Source: Chthonomonadales bacterium
GTDB taxonomy: Bacteria; Armatimonadota; Chthonomonadetes; Chthonomonadales; Chthonomonadaceae
NCBI GenBank assembly: GCA_038217285.1
Contig: JBBQPO010000148.1
Coordinates: 1 to 15,269 of the forward strand
Reading direction: 5' to 3'
Length of the DNA stretch: 15,269 bases
Positions within the stretch are counted from its first letter, which is position 1, and every line of letters starts with the position of its first letter. Positions 14,926-15,269 of the stretch are shown here, piece by piece. The position numbers were made by a program, and so were the translations under genes. The notes beneath the pieces are model-generated. The model did not search any database and was not told where the DNA came from. It saw nothing but the letters and a program-made list of their open reading frames with translations.

Positions 14926-15269
14926 ATGTCCTCAACCGGTCGTCGCGTCAAGCGTGCAATTCCTATGGCGAAAGAGCCGGTCTCGATGCAATCCGTGGCT
15001 TTACGCCCGCCAAACAAGTGGATAATCGGCTCGGTCACACTCAGCCTTGTTCTCGCCTTGCTCCTCCTCTGGAAGTTCGCCCCTGCCAAATCCGCGCCGA
15101 AGCCAACGGGTACCCCTAAAGCTTCAGCCGCCGTGACCTCTTTCACCAGGAAGATTGCCACTCCTTTTCCGCTTGCCTCCTCCTCGCTTACGCCTGCCTA
15201 TGCCTCCGATCATGGCACGGTTGGAAACCCTGCGCTCGCTTCGGTTCCCGCTCACCAGGGCGAAGCAGG
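14926..15269 (+). CDS. Hypothetical membrane-anchored or exported protein, 5' part only
   Basis: Not in the ORF track. GGAG 8 nt before ATG 14926, and the frame is open to the window edge: MSSTGRRVKRAIPMAKEPVSMQSVALRPPNKWIIGSVTLSLVLALLLLWKFAPAKSAPKPTGTPKASAAV... This is a basic N-terminus, one TM helix and a Pro/Ala/Ser/Thr linker. Exact start uncertain because of downstream in-frame ATGs. Confidence 0.65.
   Translation, partial: MSSTGRRVKRAIPMAKEPVSMQSVALRPPNKWIIGSVTLSLVLALLLLWKFAPAKSAPKPTGTPKASAAVTSFTRKIATPFPLASSSLTPAYASDHGTVGNPALASVPAHQGEA

Noticed and set aside
14754-15161. 135-aa minus ORF ending inside the IS, and plus ORFs 14775-15119 and 14819-15025, as a gene disrupted by the IS
   Set aside because: They have no recognisable features and overlap the better-supported plus-strand frame from 14926, which has an RBS and a TM helix.

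Overview
A GC-rich bacterial chromosomal window made mostly of core genes, with one insertion sequence. Minus strand, in order of transcription: an NfeD-like membrane protein and a flotillin/SPFH protein, an intrinsic terminator, then rlmN and an LPS-transport cluster (LptC-like, LptA/OstA-like, lptB, and an LptF/G permease that runs off the left edge and is missing from the ORF track). Plus strand, after a divergent intergenic region: aldo/keto reductase, membrane-anchored thioredoxin-fold protein, topA, dipeptide epimerase, a 41-bp palindromic tandem repeat, an alpha/beta hydrolase, a complete 1361-bp ISAzo13-type element (27-bp inverted repeats, TAA duplication at the hydrolase stop codon, transposase split at an A_AAA_AAG -1 slippery site) and the 5' part of a membrane-anchored protein that runs off the right edge. 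The most unusual points are (i) a divergent Lpt bridge, with an internally duplicated two-domain LptA-like protein, an LptC-like protein with a lipobox and an LptB with a 50-aa tail and altered switch helix, and (ii) two TopA zinc-ribbon repeats that both use C-x19-C-x5-C-x19-C spacing in place of the canonical CxxC knuckle. The lpt genes indicate a diderm host. A lineage such as Armatimonadota is my impression only and cannot be shown from this window. All family calls come from reading motifs by eye; no searches were run.
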